This document shows positions 54,824 through 64,000 of a stretch of 64,000 nucleotides of DNA, piece by piece. The stretch covers positions 480,001 to 544,000 of the forward strand of contig CAWGMQ010000005.1 of assembly GCA_963823665.1 (NCBI GenBank). Direction: 5' to 3'. Position 1 is the first letter of the stretch, and the number at the start of each line of letters is the position of its first letter. The stretch comes from an uncultured Planctomycetota bacterium. Lineage in GTDB: Bacteria > Planctomycetota > Planctomycetia > Isosphaerales > Isosphaeraceae. Position numbers and translations under genes: made by a program. Under the pieces are notes generated by a model, which made no database searches, was not told the DNA's origin, and saw only the letters and a program-made list of their open reading frames with translations.

Positions 54824-54834
54824 AGGAGCTCGAG

Positions 54835-55851
54835 CTGGCGGATCTGCCACAGACCGGCGACCCGCCCATCGGGCCGCTCGCTGCGATCATCAATCGCCTC
54901 ACCTGGCCGTTCCGCTACGGTCATGTTGAGCCCCAGCCGTCCACCGGCTTCTACACGGATACCACCGTCTGCATCGGCTGCAAGGCGTGCGAGGTCGCCT
55001 GCAAACAATGGAATCAGCTCGCCGCCGACGGGCTCGAGTGGACGGGCAACAGCTACGACAACACGGCTGAACTCTCGGCGACATCCTGGCGGCATGTCAA
55101 ATTCATCGAGCAGTTCGCCGCGAATCGACGGCCCTCAGGCCAACATGCAGCCGATCCGGCGGCAACGAGCCACGAACTGACACTTGACCATTTGCTGAAC
55201 GGGGGTGGGCCGAGTCGGTGTGGGGAGTTTCCCGCGGCAACGAGCCACGAACTGACCCTTGACCAGTTGCTGAATGGCGGCGGGGCCGGTCGGTGGTTGA
55301 TGATGAGCGACGTCTGCAAGCACTGCGTCGCCGCCCCTTGCCAGCACGCGTGCCCCACGGGCGCCATCATCTATAACGAGTTCGCGAACGTCTACATCCA
55401 GCGCGACATCTGCAATGGCTGCTCGTATTGCATCGCGGCCTGCCCGTTCGGGGTCATCACGCGCAGCGATTTCGATGGCCATTCGCACAAATGCACGCTC
55501 TGCTACGACCGCCAGAAGGACGGCCTCGTCCCGGCCTGTGCCAAGGCCTGCCCGACCGCGTCGATTCAGTTCGGCCCGATCGACGAGCTCCGCGAGCGGG
55601 CACGGAACCGGGTCCAGGAGCTTCACGCTCAGGGCGTCACGGGAGCATACCTTTACGGCGAACAGCCCACCGAGACCTATAGCGATCTCCATTCGTTCTA
55701 CCTGCTCGTCGATCGTCCGGCCGTCTACGGACTCCCGGATGCGCCCTTCAACCCGTGGCTCCACATGCTCGCAGATTACGGCAGGACCCTCGCCAGCGCG
55801 CTGGCCACGGTCGCCGTGATTCTCGCATTGCTATTGCTCCAGGAGGCATGA
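54835..55851 (+). CDS. Formate dehydrogenase Fe-S (beta) subunit with C-terminal TM helix
   Basis: CIGCKACEVACK, CKHC..APC..ACP, CNGCSYCIAACP, KCTLC..PACAKACP; start uncertain (CTG after GAGGAG, or ATG 54813 with an indel). Confidence 0.9.
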   Translation: MADLPQTGDPPIGPLAAIINRLTWPFRYGHVEPQPSTGFYTDTTVCIGCKACEVACKQWNQLAADGLEWTGNSYDNTAELSATSWRHVKFIEQFAANRRPSGQHAADPAATSHELTLDHLLNGGGPSRCGEFPAATSHELTLDQLLNGGGAGRWLMMSDVCKHCVAAPCQHACPTGAIIYNEFANVYIQRDICNGCSYCIAACPFGVITRSDFDGHSHKCTLCYDRQKDGLVPACAKACPTASIQFGPIDELRERARNRVQELHAQGVTGAYLYGEQPTETYSDLHSFYLLVDRPAVYGLPDAPFNPWLHMLADYGRTLASALATVAVILALLLLQEA

Positions 55852-55852
55852 C

Positions 55853-56774
55853 GTGGGGGAGAACGACAGGGCGCAGGCGATCGAGCCCGGCTATCTGTCC
55901 CAGGACGTGACCAAGGTCCCGGGCTGGCACGGGCTCGTCGCCTGGGACTTGCTCTTCAATAACCTGACGACCGGGCTTTTCCTGTTCGCCGCGGTCACCG
56001 AGCTGGCCGCGCCTGCGCTATTCGGCCCCGTGGCCAGAGTGGCGTATCCAGTCGCGCTGGTCTTCCTGCTCACCGACCTGGTGATGCTGGTGGCCGACCT
56101 GGGCGATCCACTCCGCTTTCATCACATGCTCCGGGTGTTCAAGCCCACCTCGCCCATGTCACTGGGCACATGGAGCCTCACCATCTATTCACTGCCGCTG
56201 ACCTTGATCGTGGCGGTCGAAGCGGCGCAAGTGCTCCACCTGCTGCCGAGCGAGTCGACGGCGCTGGAATGGGTTCGCAAGGCGGCGGTGGTCTTCGGTC
56301 TCCTGCCGGCCTTCGGCTCCGTGGCGTACAAGGGAGTGCTCTTCAGCACGTGCTCGCAGCCCGGCTGGAAGGATGCCCGCTGGCTGGGCGGTTTCATGGC
56401 TAATTCCGCACTCATGTTGGGTAGCGCCCAGTTGCTCGCCATCTCGGTGCTGACGGGAGACGCGCGGGCCGCCGCCGCTCTGAGCACCATCGTCGCGGTG
56501 CTCGCCGTACTCAGCCTGATCCCGACCGGTTTCGTCTTCCTGGAAATTCGCGAGACCCTCGCGCGAATTTACAGCGACCAGCAGATTTACCGTGCCCTTT
56601 CGCTCACCTTGGTCGCAGGTACGCTGGTGCCGGTGATCCTCCTGCTCGCCGGAGATGGCGCTCCTTGCGCTGGGCGCGGTGTTGCTCATTGTACTCGGTG
56701 CCTTCGCTGTTCGTTCGCTGTTTCTCAAGATACCGCACGCTTCTCACGAGAGTCGATCGAGGGACAAGGCCTGA
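55853..56774 (+). CDS. NrfD/PsrC-family membrane anchor (frameshift ~56650)
   Basis: DLGDPLRFHHML..KPTSPMSLGTW, YKGVLF..QPGW; last TM helix and TGA (56772) lie in the adjacent frame. Confidence 0.82.
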
Positions 56775-56881
56775 TTCCGGATGCGGAACCTCGAAATGGG
56801 GAACCTGCATTCTCTTCGTGGCCGCCACAACTAGAAGAGTTCGATGATGCAAAGCGGATGGATCGCTGGGGAGGGCACGTC

Positions 56882-58207
56882 ATGACCGATGCAGTGCTAT
56901 GGCATCGCATCCAGTTTGCCTTTACGATTACTTATCATTATCTGTTCCCCCAATTGACGATGGGGCTGGCCCTGCTCATCGTGGTATTCAAGTCGCTCGC
57001 CCTGTGGCTTCGCAACGAGTCGTACAACGAGGTTGCCCGCTTCTGGGCGCGGATCTTCGCCGTCAACTTCGCCATGGGCGTGGTGACCGGAATCCCGATG
57101 GAATTCCAGTTCGGCACCAACTGGGCGGCGTTCTCCCGTTTCTCTGGCGCAGTAGTCGGCCAGGCCCTGGCGATCGAGGGTCTCTTCGCGTTCTTCCTCG
57201 AGTCCGCGTTCCTGGGGCTGTTCCTCTTCGGCGAAAAGCGGCTCGGCTCGAGGGGGCATCTCGCGACAGCCGTCGCCTTGACCCTGGGCTCCTGGATGTC
57301 GGGCTACTTCATCATCGTCGCCAACGCCTTCATGCAGCACCCGGTCGGCTACCGGCTGGGAGAGGACGGAGTGCTCCATCTCGAGAGTTTCCGGGCCTAC
57401 ATCCTCAACCCCTGGGCGCTCTGGCAGTATGCCCACAACATGCTGGCCTCGGTCGTCACGGCGTCGTTCGTCGTGGCCGCCGTGGGAGCCTACTGGTCGC
57501 TCTTGGGCCAGCACACGCGCCACGCCGGGATCTGCCTGCGCGTGGGAGTGATCGCCGGGCTCGTCTCGAGCCAGCTCGTCGCCTTCCCGGCCGGTGACGG
57601 CGCCGGCAAGATGGTGGCAAAGCATCAGCCGGTCACGCTCGCGGCAATGGAGGGGCTGTTCGAAGGCGGACCGTACGCCGAGCTCGCCATCATCGGCCAG
57701 CCCGACGTCGCCGCCCGCAAGCTGGAGAACCCGATCGTCGTTCCCTGGATCCTCAGTTTCCTCTGCTACGGGTCGTTCGGAAGCACCGTCCACGGGTTGA
57801 ACGACTTCCCGCAGGACCAGTGGCCGCAGAACATCGAGTTGCTTTACTACAGTTATCACATCATGGCAGGGCTCGGGACGCTCTTCATCCTGACGATGGG
57901 AGTCGCAACGTTGCTCCTGTGGCGTGGGCGGTTGGCGACGACGCGCCCGATGCTCTGGGTGCTGATGCTGGCGTTTCCGTTCCCCTACATCGCGACGACC
58001 GCCGGCTGGTGGACCGCCGAGCTGGGCCGCCAGCCATGGGTGATCTACGGCCTCATGCGCACGGCCGACGCCCACTCGAAACTGGTCAATCCAGGCGACG
58101 TTGTCTTCACGGTGCTGGGCTTCGCCGGCCTTTACTTGCTCCTTGGCATGCTCTTCGTCATCCAGGTCCTCAAAGAGATCAACCGCGGTCCGGCCGCGTC
58201 GCATTAG
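56882..58207 (+). CDS. cydA: Cytochrome bd oxidase subunit I (short Q-loop)
   Basis: RIQFAFTITYHYLF, GIPMEFQFGTNW, ANAFMQHP, LAAMEG, YHIM, AELGRQPW; own RBS. Confidence 0.96.
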   Translation: MTDAVLWHRIQFAFTITYHYLFPQLTMGLALLIVVFKSLALWLRNESYNEVARFWARIFAVNFAMGVVTGIPMEFQFGTNWAAFSRFSGAVVGQALAIEGLFAFFLESAFLGLFLFGEKRLGSRGHLATAVALTLGSWMSGYFIIVANAFMQHPVGYRLGEDGVLHLESFRAYILNPWALWQYAHNMLASVVTASFVVAAVGAYWSLLGQHTRHAGICLRVGVIAGLVSSQLVAFPAGDGAGKMVAKHQPVTLAAMEGLFEGGPYAELAIIGQPDVAARKLENPIVVPWILSFLCYGSFGSTVHGLNDFPQDQWPQNIELLYYSYHIMAGLGTLFILTMGVATLLLWRGRLATTRPMLWVLMLAFPFPYIATTAGWWTAELGRQPWVIYGLMRTADAHSKLVNPGDVVFTVLGFAGLYLLLGMLFVIQVLKEINRGPAASH

Positions 58208-58217
58208 GACACCGACC

Positions 58218-59306
58218 ATGGAAGCAGCCTGGTTCGTGATCATCTCGGGTATGCTCGCGGCTTATGCGGTGCTCGACGGCTTCGACTTCGGCGTCGGCGC
58301 CATCCACCGAATCGTCGCCCGCACCGATCTTGAGCGGCGGACCGTGCTGGCGGCGATCGGCCCGATCTGGGACGGCAACGAGGTCTGGCTGATCGCGGCC
58401 GGCGGCGCGTTGTTCGTGGCCTTCCCGAATGTCTACGCAACCGCGTTCAGCGGCTTCTACATGGCCCTTTTCGTCGTACTCTGGCTGCTGATCCTGCGTG
58501 GCATGGCGATCGAGCTCCGCTCGCACCAGGACCATCCCCTCTGGCGGGAATTTTGGGATTCGGTCTTCATGTTCGCGTCGGGGCTGCTTGCCGTGGTGTT
58601 CGGCACGACCCTCGGCAACCTGATTCGCGGAGTTCCGCTCGGAAAAGACGGGCTGCGGGGTATGCCGCTATTTACGAACTTCCTGATCGGCGGCCAGCCG
58701 GGAATCCTCGACTGGTACACCGCGCTCGTTGGCCTGTTCACGCTCGTGGCTCTGGCAGTCCACGGCGCCTTCTACCTTGCATGGAGAACCACCGGGCCCG
58801 TGCGGGACCGCAGCCTGGCGTTCGCGCGCCAGGCGTGGAAGATCGCGCTCGTCCTGTGGGTGGCCGCCACGGCCGCGACCCTATGGGTGCGGCCCGAAGT
58901 CTTCTCGGGCCTCGCCTCACGTCCCTGGGCGTTCCCATTCGTCGGCATCGCAATCGCCGGGGCCTGGGGTGCTTTCCGGTTTCCGCGACTCGGCCAAGAC
59001 CTCGCGGCATTCCTCTCGTCGTCCGCGTTCCTGCTCGGCATGCTGGCCGCGACACTCGCGGGCCAATACCCGTACTGGCTGCGGTCGACCCTCGACCCGT
59101 CCTACAGTCTCACCGCCTTGAACTCGGCCTCCGACCACTACGGGCTGCGCGTAGCCCTGACCTGGTGGCCCGTCGGGATCGCGCTGGTCGCCGTCTATTT
59201 CACGTTCCTGTTTCGCTGGATACGGGGTAAGGTCAACGTGGAAGCTGAGCCGTCGCACGGGTCAGCCGTCGCCGGAGCGGTACATCCGACCGAAGAACGG
59301 ATCTGA
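58218..59306 (+). CDS. cydB: Cytochrome bd oxidase subunit II
   Basis: YAVLDGFDFGVG, IGPIWDGNEVWL. Confidence 0.96.
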   Translation: MEAAWFVIISGMLAAYAVLDGFDFGVGAIHRIVARTDLERRTVLAAIGPIWDGNEVWLIAAGGALFVAFPNVYATAFSGFYMALFVVLWLLILRGMAIELRSHQDHPLWREFWDSVFMFASGLLAVVFGTTLGNLIRGVPLGKDGLRGMPLFTNFLIGGQPGILDWYTALVGLFTLVALAVHGAFYLAWRTTGPVRDRSLAFARQAWKIALVLWVAATAATLWVRPEVFSGLASRPWAFPFVGIAIAGAWGAFRFPRLGQDLAAFLSSSAFLLGMLAATLAGQYPYWLRSTLDPSYSLTALNSASDHYGLRVALTWWPVGIALVAVYFTFLFRWIRGKVNVEAEPSHGSAVAGAVHPTEERI

Positions 59307-59341
59307 CCTCAATTTCATCGAAATAGCGGAGCACGCCCAAC

Positions 59342-60095
59342 GTGTTTGACGCGTTTGAGTTGCGACCTCGATCCGGACCAGATCCGAAACATCGACTGGA
59401 TGCCAGCAAGATCGTCGAAACGGCGAAGAACCTCGCCGATGACATTAACACTCGGCTGCCGGGGAGCAGCCTGGCCGGGCTCGCTGAGGAGCTGACCAGG
59501 GTCGCGGTCGCGACTCGTACGCGAGGACGGCACGCGCGCCGGCCAATCCTGGCCATCAGGGCGGTCTCCGCCCTGGCGATCGGCCTGGCCCTCGTGGGGC
59601 TCTGGTATCTCGCCTGGCATCTCCACGCGAGGTGGGACTTCGGCAGCACGATCGGCGAGCTCTTCGGGGCGATCACCGCCGGGTTCAACCTCCTGGTCCT
59701 CCTCGCCGGCGCCCTGTGGTTCTGCGTGACCCTCGAGGCCCGGTTCAAGCGCAAGGAGGCTCTGGGGTACATCCAGGAGCTGCGCGAGTTCGCTCACGTC
59801 ATCGACGTGACCCAGCTCTACTACACCCCGAACCTGTACCAATCTCGCCAGGGGACCGCGCCCGGCAAGACGGCCATCGACGAGACCTACCTGCTCTACT
59901 GCACGCAGATGCTCGGCGTGATCAGCAACCTCGCGCCCCTCTACTCGCGTGGGGCGACCGGCGACTCGATCCTGCGCGGCATCGGAAGTCCAAATGCTCG
60001 CGATGGCCATTGCCACCAAGCATCTGGCCAAGGCCGAGGCCGCACGCAGGATGAGCGAGGAACTCCCAGGGTCGGGCCCGGAACCGGGCGGATGA
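59342..60095 (+). CDS. Hypothetical 2-TM membrane protein (frameshift ~59978)
   Basis: LEARFKRKEAL..LREFAHVIDVTQL, YLLYCTQML; continues as EVQMLAMAIATKHLAKAE to TGA 60093. Confidence 0.6.
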
Positions 60096-60214
60096 CATTT
60101 CGCGAGGCCCCCTCGTGCAATTCGTCGGTCCCTGCTACCAAGACCCAGCAGGCAATTGACTCGAGCGCTGCTATACTGAAGTCATCGATCGATCATCGCC
60201 GAGGTGGACCAGCC

Positions 60215-60715
60215 TTGACTACCCTTACGATCACTCGCCGATTACCAACCCGCGCGGTGCGCCCTCGCGTGGTCATCCTCACTCTGCTGATCGCAGCCGG
60301 CGTCCTTGTGCCACTGATTGTGATGAGCTCTTTCGGAGGATCGCCCTCTTACGAGTACGAAATTCGCGGCACCGTCAAGAGTGCGTCGGACGGCACGCCT
60401 CTGAGCGGAGTGATCGTCGCGCTCAAATTAAATCCCCTGGGCCGTGCGACGAAGTCGGCCTGCGAAACGCTGCACCGCTTGGAGGTATCAAAGGCAGACG
60501 GTTCATTCCTGGTGCAAGCCCATATCAATGAGTACGAGTTCAGCCGCCTGCCCAGGTGGGTCCTGCACCTGACCAAGCCCGGCTACGAAGAGACGATCAT
60601 GGATATCAGCCAGCACGGAGCGCCCAAATCCGGTTCGTCCCCTTACTTGATCGCTGTCGCGGCCCACTTACGTCCCAGCGCATCCGACGCCGCGCCGCAG
60701 CCATCCGTCCGTTAG
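60215..60715 (+). CDS. Membrane-anchored beta-sandwich (carboxypeptidase-regulatory-like) protein
   Basis: TTG after GAGG; TM; IRGTVK..DGTPLSGV.V..S.ADGSF..TKPGY. Confidence 0.55.
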   Translation: MTTLTITRRLPTRAVRPRVVILTLLIAAGVLVPLIVMSSFGGSPSYEYEIRGTVKSASDGTPLSGVIVALKLNPLGRATKSACETLHRLEVSKADGSFLVQAHINEYEFSRLPRWVLHLTKPGYEETIMDISQHGAPKSGSSPYLIAVAAHLRPSASDAAPQPSVR

Positions 60716-61164
60716 CCACCGTCGTCGCGATTCGCCGGAGGCATACCGACCCGCCTGCCCTCGACCAGTACAGACAGCAATTCCGCGAATGAAACGGGCT
60801 TGACCAGGAAATGATCAAACCCGACCTCCTTTGCCCGCGAGCGTGACTCCGCGGAGCCATAGGCGCTAAACGCGACGAGGATCATGGACTCGAATTTGGC
60901 GTCCGCCCGCAAACGGCGAGCGACCTCGTAGCCGTCGATGTCGGGGAGCCCGATGTCAAGCAGCACGACGTTCGGCTCAAACTCCGACGAAATCTTGAGG
61001 GCCTCGAACCCATCGGCTGCGGTCGCGACCTCGAATCCGGCCGATCGAATCATCTTGGCACAGACCCGAGCGGTGTCCAGATAATCATCCACGACCAGCA
61101 CCCGCGCTCCCCAGCGCGGGCCATCAGCGCCTTCACCACTTTTTAGTTCACTCGGGCCACGCAT
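60712..61164 (-). CDS. Single-domain response regulator (receiver)
   Basis: VLVVDD, LLDIGLPDIDG, FDHFLVKP. Confidence 0.92.
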   Translation of the reverse strand: MRGPSELKSGEGADGPRWGARVLVVDDYLDTARVCAKMIRSAGFEVATAADGFEALKISSEFEPNVVLLDIGLPDIDGYEVARRLRADAKFESMILVAFSAYGSAESRSRAKEVGFDHFLVKPVSFAELLSVLVEGRRVGMPPANRDDGG

Positions 61165-61267
61165 GATTTGATAATCGCGACGGTATCACCGCGAAGGCTG
61201 ACGACGTAATCACTTATGGGAGAATACCCGCTCGAACGGTTGCCGCGAATTGTTCAAGACTATGGCA

Positions 61268-61284
61268 CGCAACTTGGGTGCCAA
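61268..61284 (-). promoter_or_regulatory. Candidate sigma54 promoter for the response regulator
   Basis: TTGGCACCCAAGTTGCG on minus strand. Confidence 0.6.
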
Positions 61285-61325
61285 CCTGCGCTCCCAACTT
61301 CAGCCCTTGGCACCTTGACCTTGAT

Positions 61326-61342
61326 TCGGCACGCAGAATGCG
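61326..61342 (+). promoter_or_regulatory. Candidate sigma54 promoter for the GH13 gene
   Basis: TCGGCACGCAGAATGCG (GG-N10-GC). Confidence 0.45.
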
Positions 61343-61417
61343 TGGCTTCCGAACTCATCATTCAGAAGCTTCCCTCCAGAACGACACCAATTGCCGGCAA
61401 CCCCTTGCGGAGGCGAG

Positions 61418-63253
61418 ATGTCCACTAAAGTGCAGGCGAGGCGAAAACCAACCGCACCAAAACGATCCAGCGAAATTCACGCCGGGATGGGTGCCGTTGT
61501 CCATGACGGTGGAACAGCCTTCCGGGTCTGGGCTCCGCACGCCGATAAGGTCTTCGTGACGGGATCTTTCAACAACTGGTCCGACGACCGCGATCCGATG
61601 ACCGCCGAGCCCGGTGGTTTCTGGTACGCAGACCTTGATCATGCTGGCATCGGCGCTGAATATCGTTACCTCATCCACAACGGCTCAAGTCAATTGTCCC
61701 GAATCGACCCTTACGCGCGCGAAGTCACCAACTCGATTGGAAACAGCGTCATTCACGACCCTTCGTTCCCGTGGGATGACGATCAGTTTGTCATGCCGCC
61801 CTGGAATGAACTGGTCATCTATGAGCTCCACATCGGAACGTTCAACGATGCCCCAGGAGGCGCTCCTGGTACCTTCGCCGACGCCGAAAACAAGCTCGGG
61901 CATTTGAGAGCAATCGGAGTGAACGCAATCGAGATCATGCCCGCCGCCGAATTTGCGGGGGATTTTTCGTGGGGCTACAATCCCGCCCACATCTTCGCCA
62001 TTGAGAGTTCCTACGGCGGCCCTCGGGCGTTCAAGCAGTTCGTGAAAAAAGCCCATCAAACCGGAATCGCGGTGATCCTGGATGTCGTGTACAACCACTT
62101 CGGACCCAGCGACCTTCATCTATGGCAGTTCGACGGCTGGAGTGAAAACGGCTTGGGCGGAATCTATTTCTATAATGACTGGCGGTGCGAAACACCCTGG
62201 GGAAAGAGCCGCCCGGACTACGGTCGCGGCGAAGTGCGTCAATTTATTCGTGATAATGCGATGATGTGGCTCGAGGACTATCATGTCGACGGCCTTCGGT
62301 ACGATATGACGCTCTACATGCGCCAGGTTCGCGGCGATGGTGGTTGCGAGCTTCCCGATGGCTGGGGATTGGCGCAATGGATCAATGGCGAGATCAACAG
62401 CCGGTTTCCCGGCCGGCTCACGATTGCTGAAGATTTGCAGAACAATGAGTGGCTCACCAAGGACGTCGGAGCCGGCGGTGCCGGCTTTGGATCTCAATGG
62501 GACGCAGGGTTCGTCCATCCCGTTCGGGCTGCCGTCGCCACCCCCGACGACGCGCAGCGCAGCATGCAGGCGGTGCGCGATGCCATCTGCCATCGCTACA
62601 ACATTGATTCGTTCGAGCGCGTCATTTACAGCGAGTCTCACGACGAGGTCGCCAATGGCAAGGCACGCGTCCCCTCGGAGGTTGACTCTGATTCTCCCGA
62701 GAACTGGTTCGCCAAGAAGCGATCCACGCTTGCGGCGGCACTCGTCTTCACATCCCCGGGAATCCCGATGCTATTCCAGGGCCAGGAGTTTCTCCAGTCC
62801 GGCTGGTTTCAAGACACCGTTCCGCTCGACTGGGATCTGACCGACGCCCATGAAGGGCTCGTCGGCCTCTACTGCGACCTCATCCGCCTCCGTCTGAACA
62901 AGACCGGCACAACCAGAGGCCTGTGTGGGCAGCACGTGAAAGTACACCATGTGAACGACCACGACAAAGTCCTCGCGTTCCATCGCTGGGATCAGGGCGG
63001 GCCGGGTGACGACGTGATCGTTGTGACGAATTTCTCATCACGAGAGTTCCACAACTATCGAATCGGCTTGCCCCAAGGCGGCGTCTGGAAGTTACGTCTC
63101 AACAGCGATTGGACGGGCTACAGCCCGGAATTTAAGAACCTTCATAGCTGCGACATGACCGCCAGCTCACCCGATTGCGACGGCGGTTCGTACCACGGCG
63201 AATTCTCGATCGCTCCCTACAGCTTTCTGATATTCTCTCAGGATAAATCCTGA
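61418..63253 (+). CDS. GH13 alpha-amylase-family enzyme with CBM48 (GlgB/TreZ-like)
   Basis: FRVWAP, YELHIGTF, WGYNP, DVVYNH, DGLRYD, IAED, SHDE. Confidence 0.92.
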   Translation: MSTKVQARRKPTAPKRSSEIHAGMGAVVHDGGTAFRVWAPHADKVFVTGSFNNWSDDRDPMTAEPGGFWYADLDHAGIGAEYRYLIHNGSSQLSRIDPYAREVTNSIGNSVIHDPSFPWDDDQFVMPPWNELVIYELHIGTFNDAPGGAPGTFADAENKLGHLRAIGVNAIEIMPAAEFAGDFSWGYNPAHIFAIESSYGGPRAFKQFVKKAHQTGIAVILDVVYNHFGPSDLHLWQFDGWSENGLGGIYFYNDWRCETPWGKSRPDYGRGEVRQFIRDNAMMWLEDYHVDGLRYDMTLYMRQVRGDGGCELPDGWGLAQWINGEINSRFPGRLTIAEDLQNNEWLTKDVGAGGAGFGSQWDAGFVHPVRAAVATPDDAQRSMQAVRDAICHRYNIDSFERVIYSESHDEVANGKARVPSEVDSDSPENWFAKKRSTLAAALVFTSPGIPMLFQGQEFLQSGWFQDTVPLDWDLTDAHEGLVGLYCDLIRLRLNKTGTTRGLCGQHVKVHHVNDHDKVLAFHRWDQGGPGDDVIVVTNFSSREFHNYRIGLPQGGVWKLRLNSDWTGYSPEFKNLHSCDMTASSPDCDGGSYHGEFSIAPYSFLIFSQDKS

Positions 63254-63298
63254 TCCGATCCACGATGGGCAGCAAGACAATGTCACCTCGGCGCACCC

Positions 63299-63565
63299 TC
63301 ATGACTTTTTGTGGGTGTCGTAGTCGTTGTAGTCGTCCATGTCGGGATCGTCCCAGCCGGCAGCCGCCGCCGATCGGGCCGTGAGCCGATAGAGCTCACG
63401 AGGATCAAACTCCTCCCCATCAGCGATCAGGACGTTGAGCTTCTCGTATTGCTCGGCCCGCATCAGGACGTACTGCACGTTCGTGGCCGCATCAACGAGG
63501 TGGAGGGGGCATCCGCCCTCCATTTCGATGGCCTGCCGTAGATCGTCGGGAAGGTTGGTCGTCAT
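63299..63565 (-). CDS. Small acidic hypothetical protein
   Basis: YVLMRAEQYE..GWDDPDMDDYNDYD; RBS-like GGA(A)G upstream. Confidence 0.6.
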   Translation of the reverse strand: MTTNLPDDLRQAIEMEGGCPLHLVDAATNVQYVLMRAEQYEKLNVLIADGEEFDPRELYRLTARSAAAAGWDDPDMDDYNDYDTHKKS

Positions 63566-63665
63566 GGCATCTTCCAAGGTTTCGGAAAGCTGAGCTCAGT
63601 CTACCAGAAACCAGTCACAGAGCCCAGCGGAGAACTGCTCGTAGGCCGCGCGCCGAGCGCTCCGC

Positions 63666-64000
63666 TCAACGGATGTCCCCGCCGATCGGATCCCCTGGTG
63701 GTGGATTGGTCGTCGGCGTTCTTCGGTCAGTCGCTGCGGGTCGTCGCAGGAAACGTTCGATCTCCTCACGGATCGCGGTCCGATGCGCGTCGGCGGAAAT
63801 CCCCTCTCCCCGCCATGGATAGATCGGGTTCGCCAGCCGTCTCAGGGCTTCCGACGCCACCGCGCGCACCTCGTGACCCGCCGTATCGCTTTCTCCCAGT
63901 TCCATCAAGCGCTGGACGACCAGTGTTTGCTCGGCGCGGGCGATCGCCCGCGCCCGGCCGTCGCGGTTCGGGGCTGTCCGCCAGGTCTCCTCCACGAGCT
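63666..64000 (-). CDS. C-terminus of a larger protein (possibly a zinc-dependent metalloprotease, DUF4953/EcxA type); truncated by window edge
   Basis: Ends in PPGDPIG; ORF runs to the window edge. Confidence 0.45.
   Translation of the reverse strand, partial: LVEETWRTAPNRDGRARAIARAEQTLVVQRLMELGESDTAGHEVRAVASEALRRLANPIYPWRGEGISADAHRTAIREEIERFLRRPAATDRRTPTTNPPPGDPIGGDIR

Noticed and set aside
55853..58207. Apparent 784-aa NrfD-CydA fusion protein
   Set aside because: The linker is nonsense-like. The adjacent frame supplies NrfD's last TM helix and a stop at 56774, and cydA has its own RBS and ATG at 56882. Most likely an indel artifact, though reads should confirm.
59342..60715. 457-aa single ORF
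   Set aside because: Better explained as two genes joined by a frameshift near 59978

Overview
GC-rich bacterial DNA, most likely Planctomycetota (Isosphaeraceae-like). This is inferred from several ECF sigma/Ser-Thr kinase pairs, a TPR + double RNAP-alpha-CTD protein and 'NAIKHGL'-type repeat proteins. About 3.6-18.1 kb is a minus-strand core block (hom, lipoprotein, apgM-like, lysC, argG, TPR-alphaCTD, tgt, yajC, secDF, secreted protein). About 18-49 kb is an accessory, partly decayed region. It holds an IS1182-like transposase, a HEPN pair between 110-bp direct repeats, a tRNA-Ala 3' fragment, ECF/kinase modules (one with 3 FGE-fold domains plus FHA, M48 and permease genes), a leaderless RelE/XRE toxin-antitoxin pair and several deletion remnants. 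The most interesting locus is 49-59 kb. A Tat-exported oxalate decarboxylase-family bicupin is transcribed divergently, with a candidate sigma54 promoter on each side, from an operon fdhD - selenocysteine formate dehydrogenase (in-frame TGA + SECIS) - Fe-S subunit - NrfD anchor - cydAB. This looks like a self-contained oxalate -> formate -> O2 respiratory module (inference). About 13 single-base frameshifts, including two in lysC, are most likely sequencing or assembly indels rather than biology.
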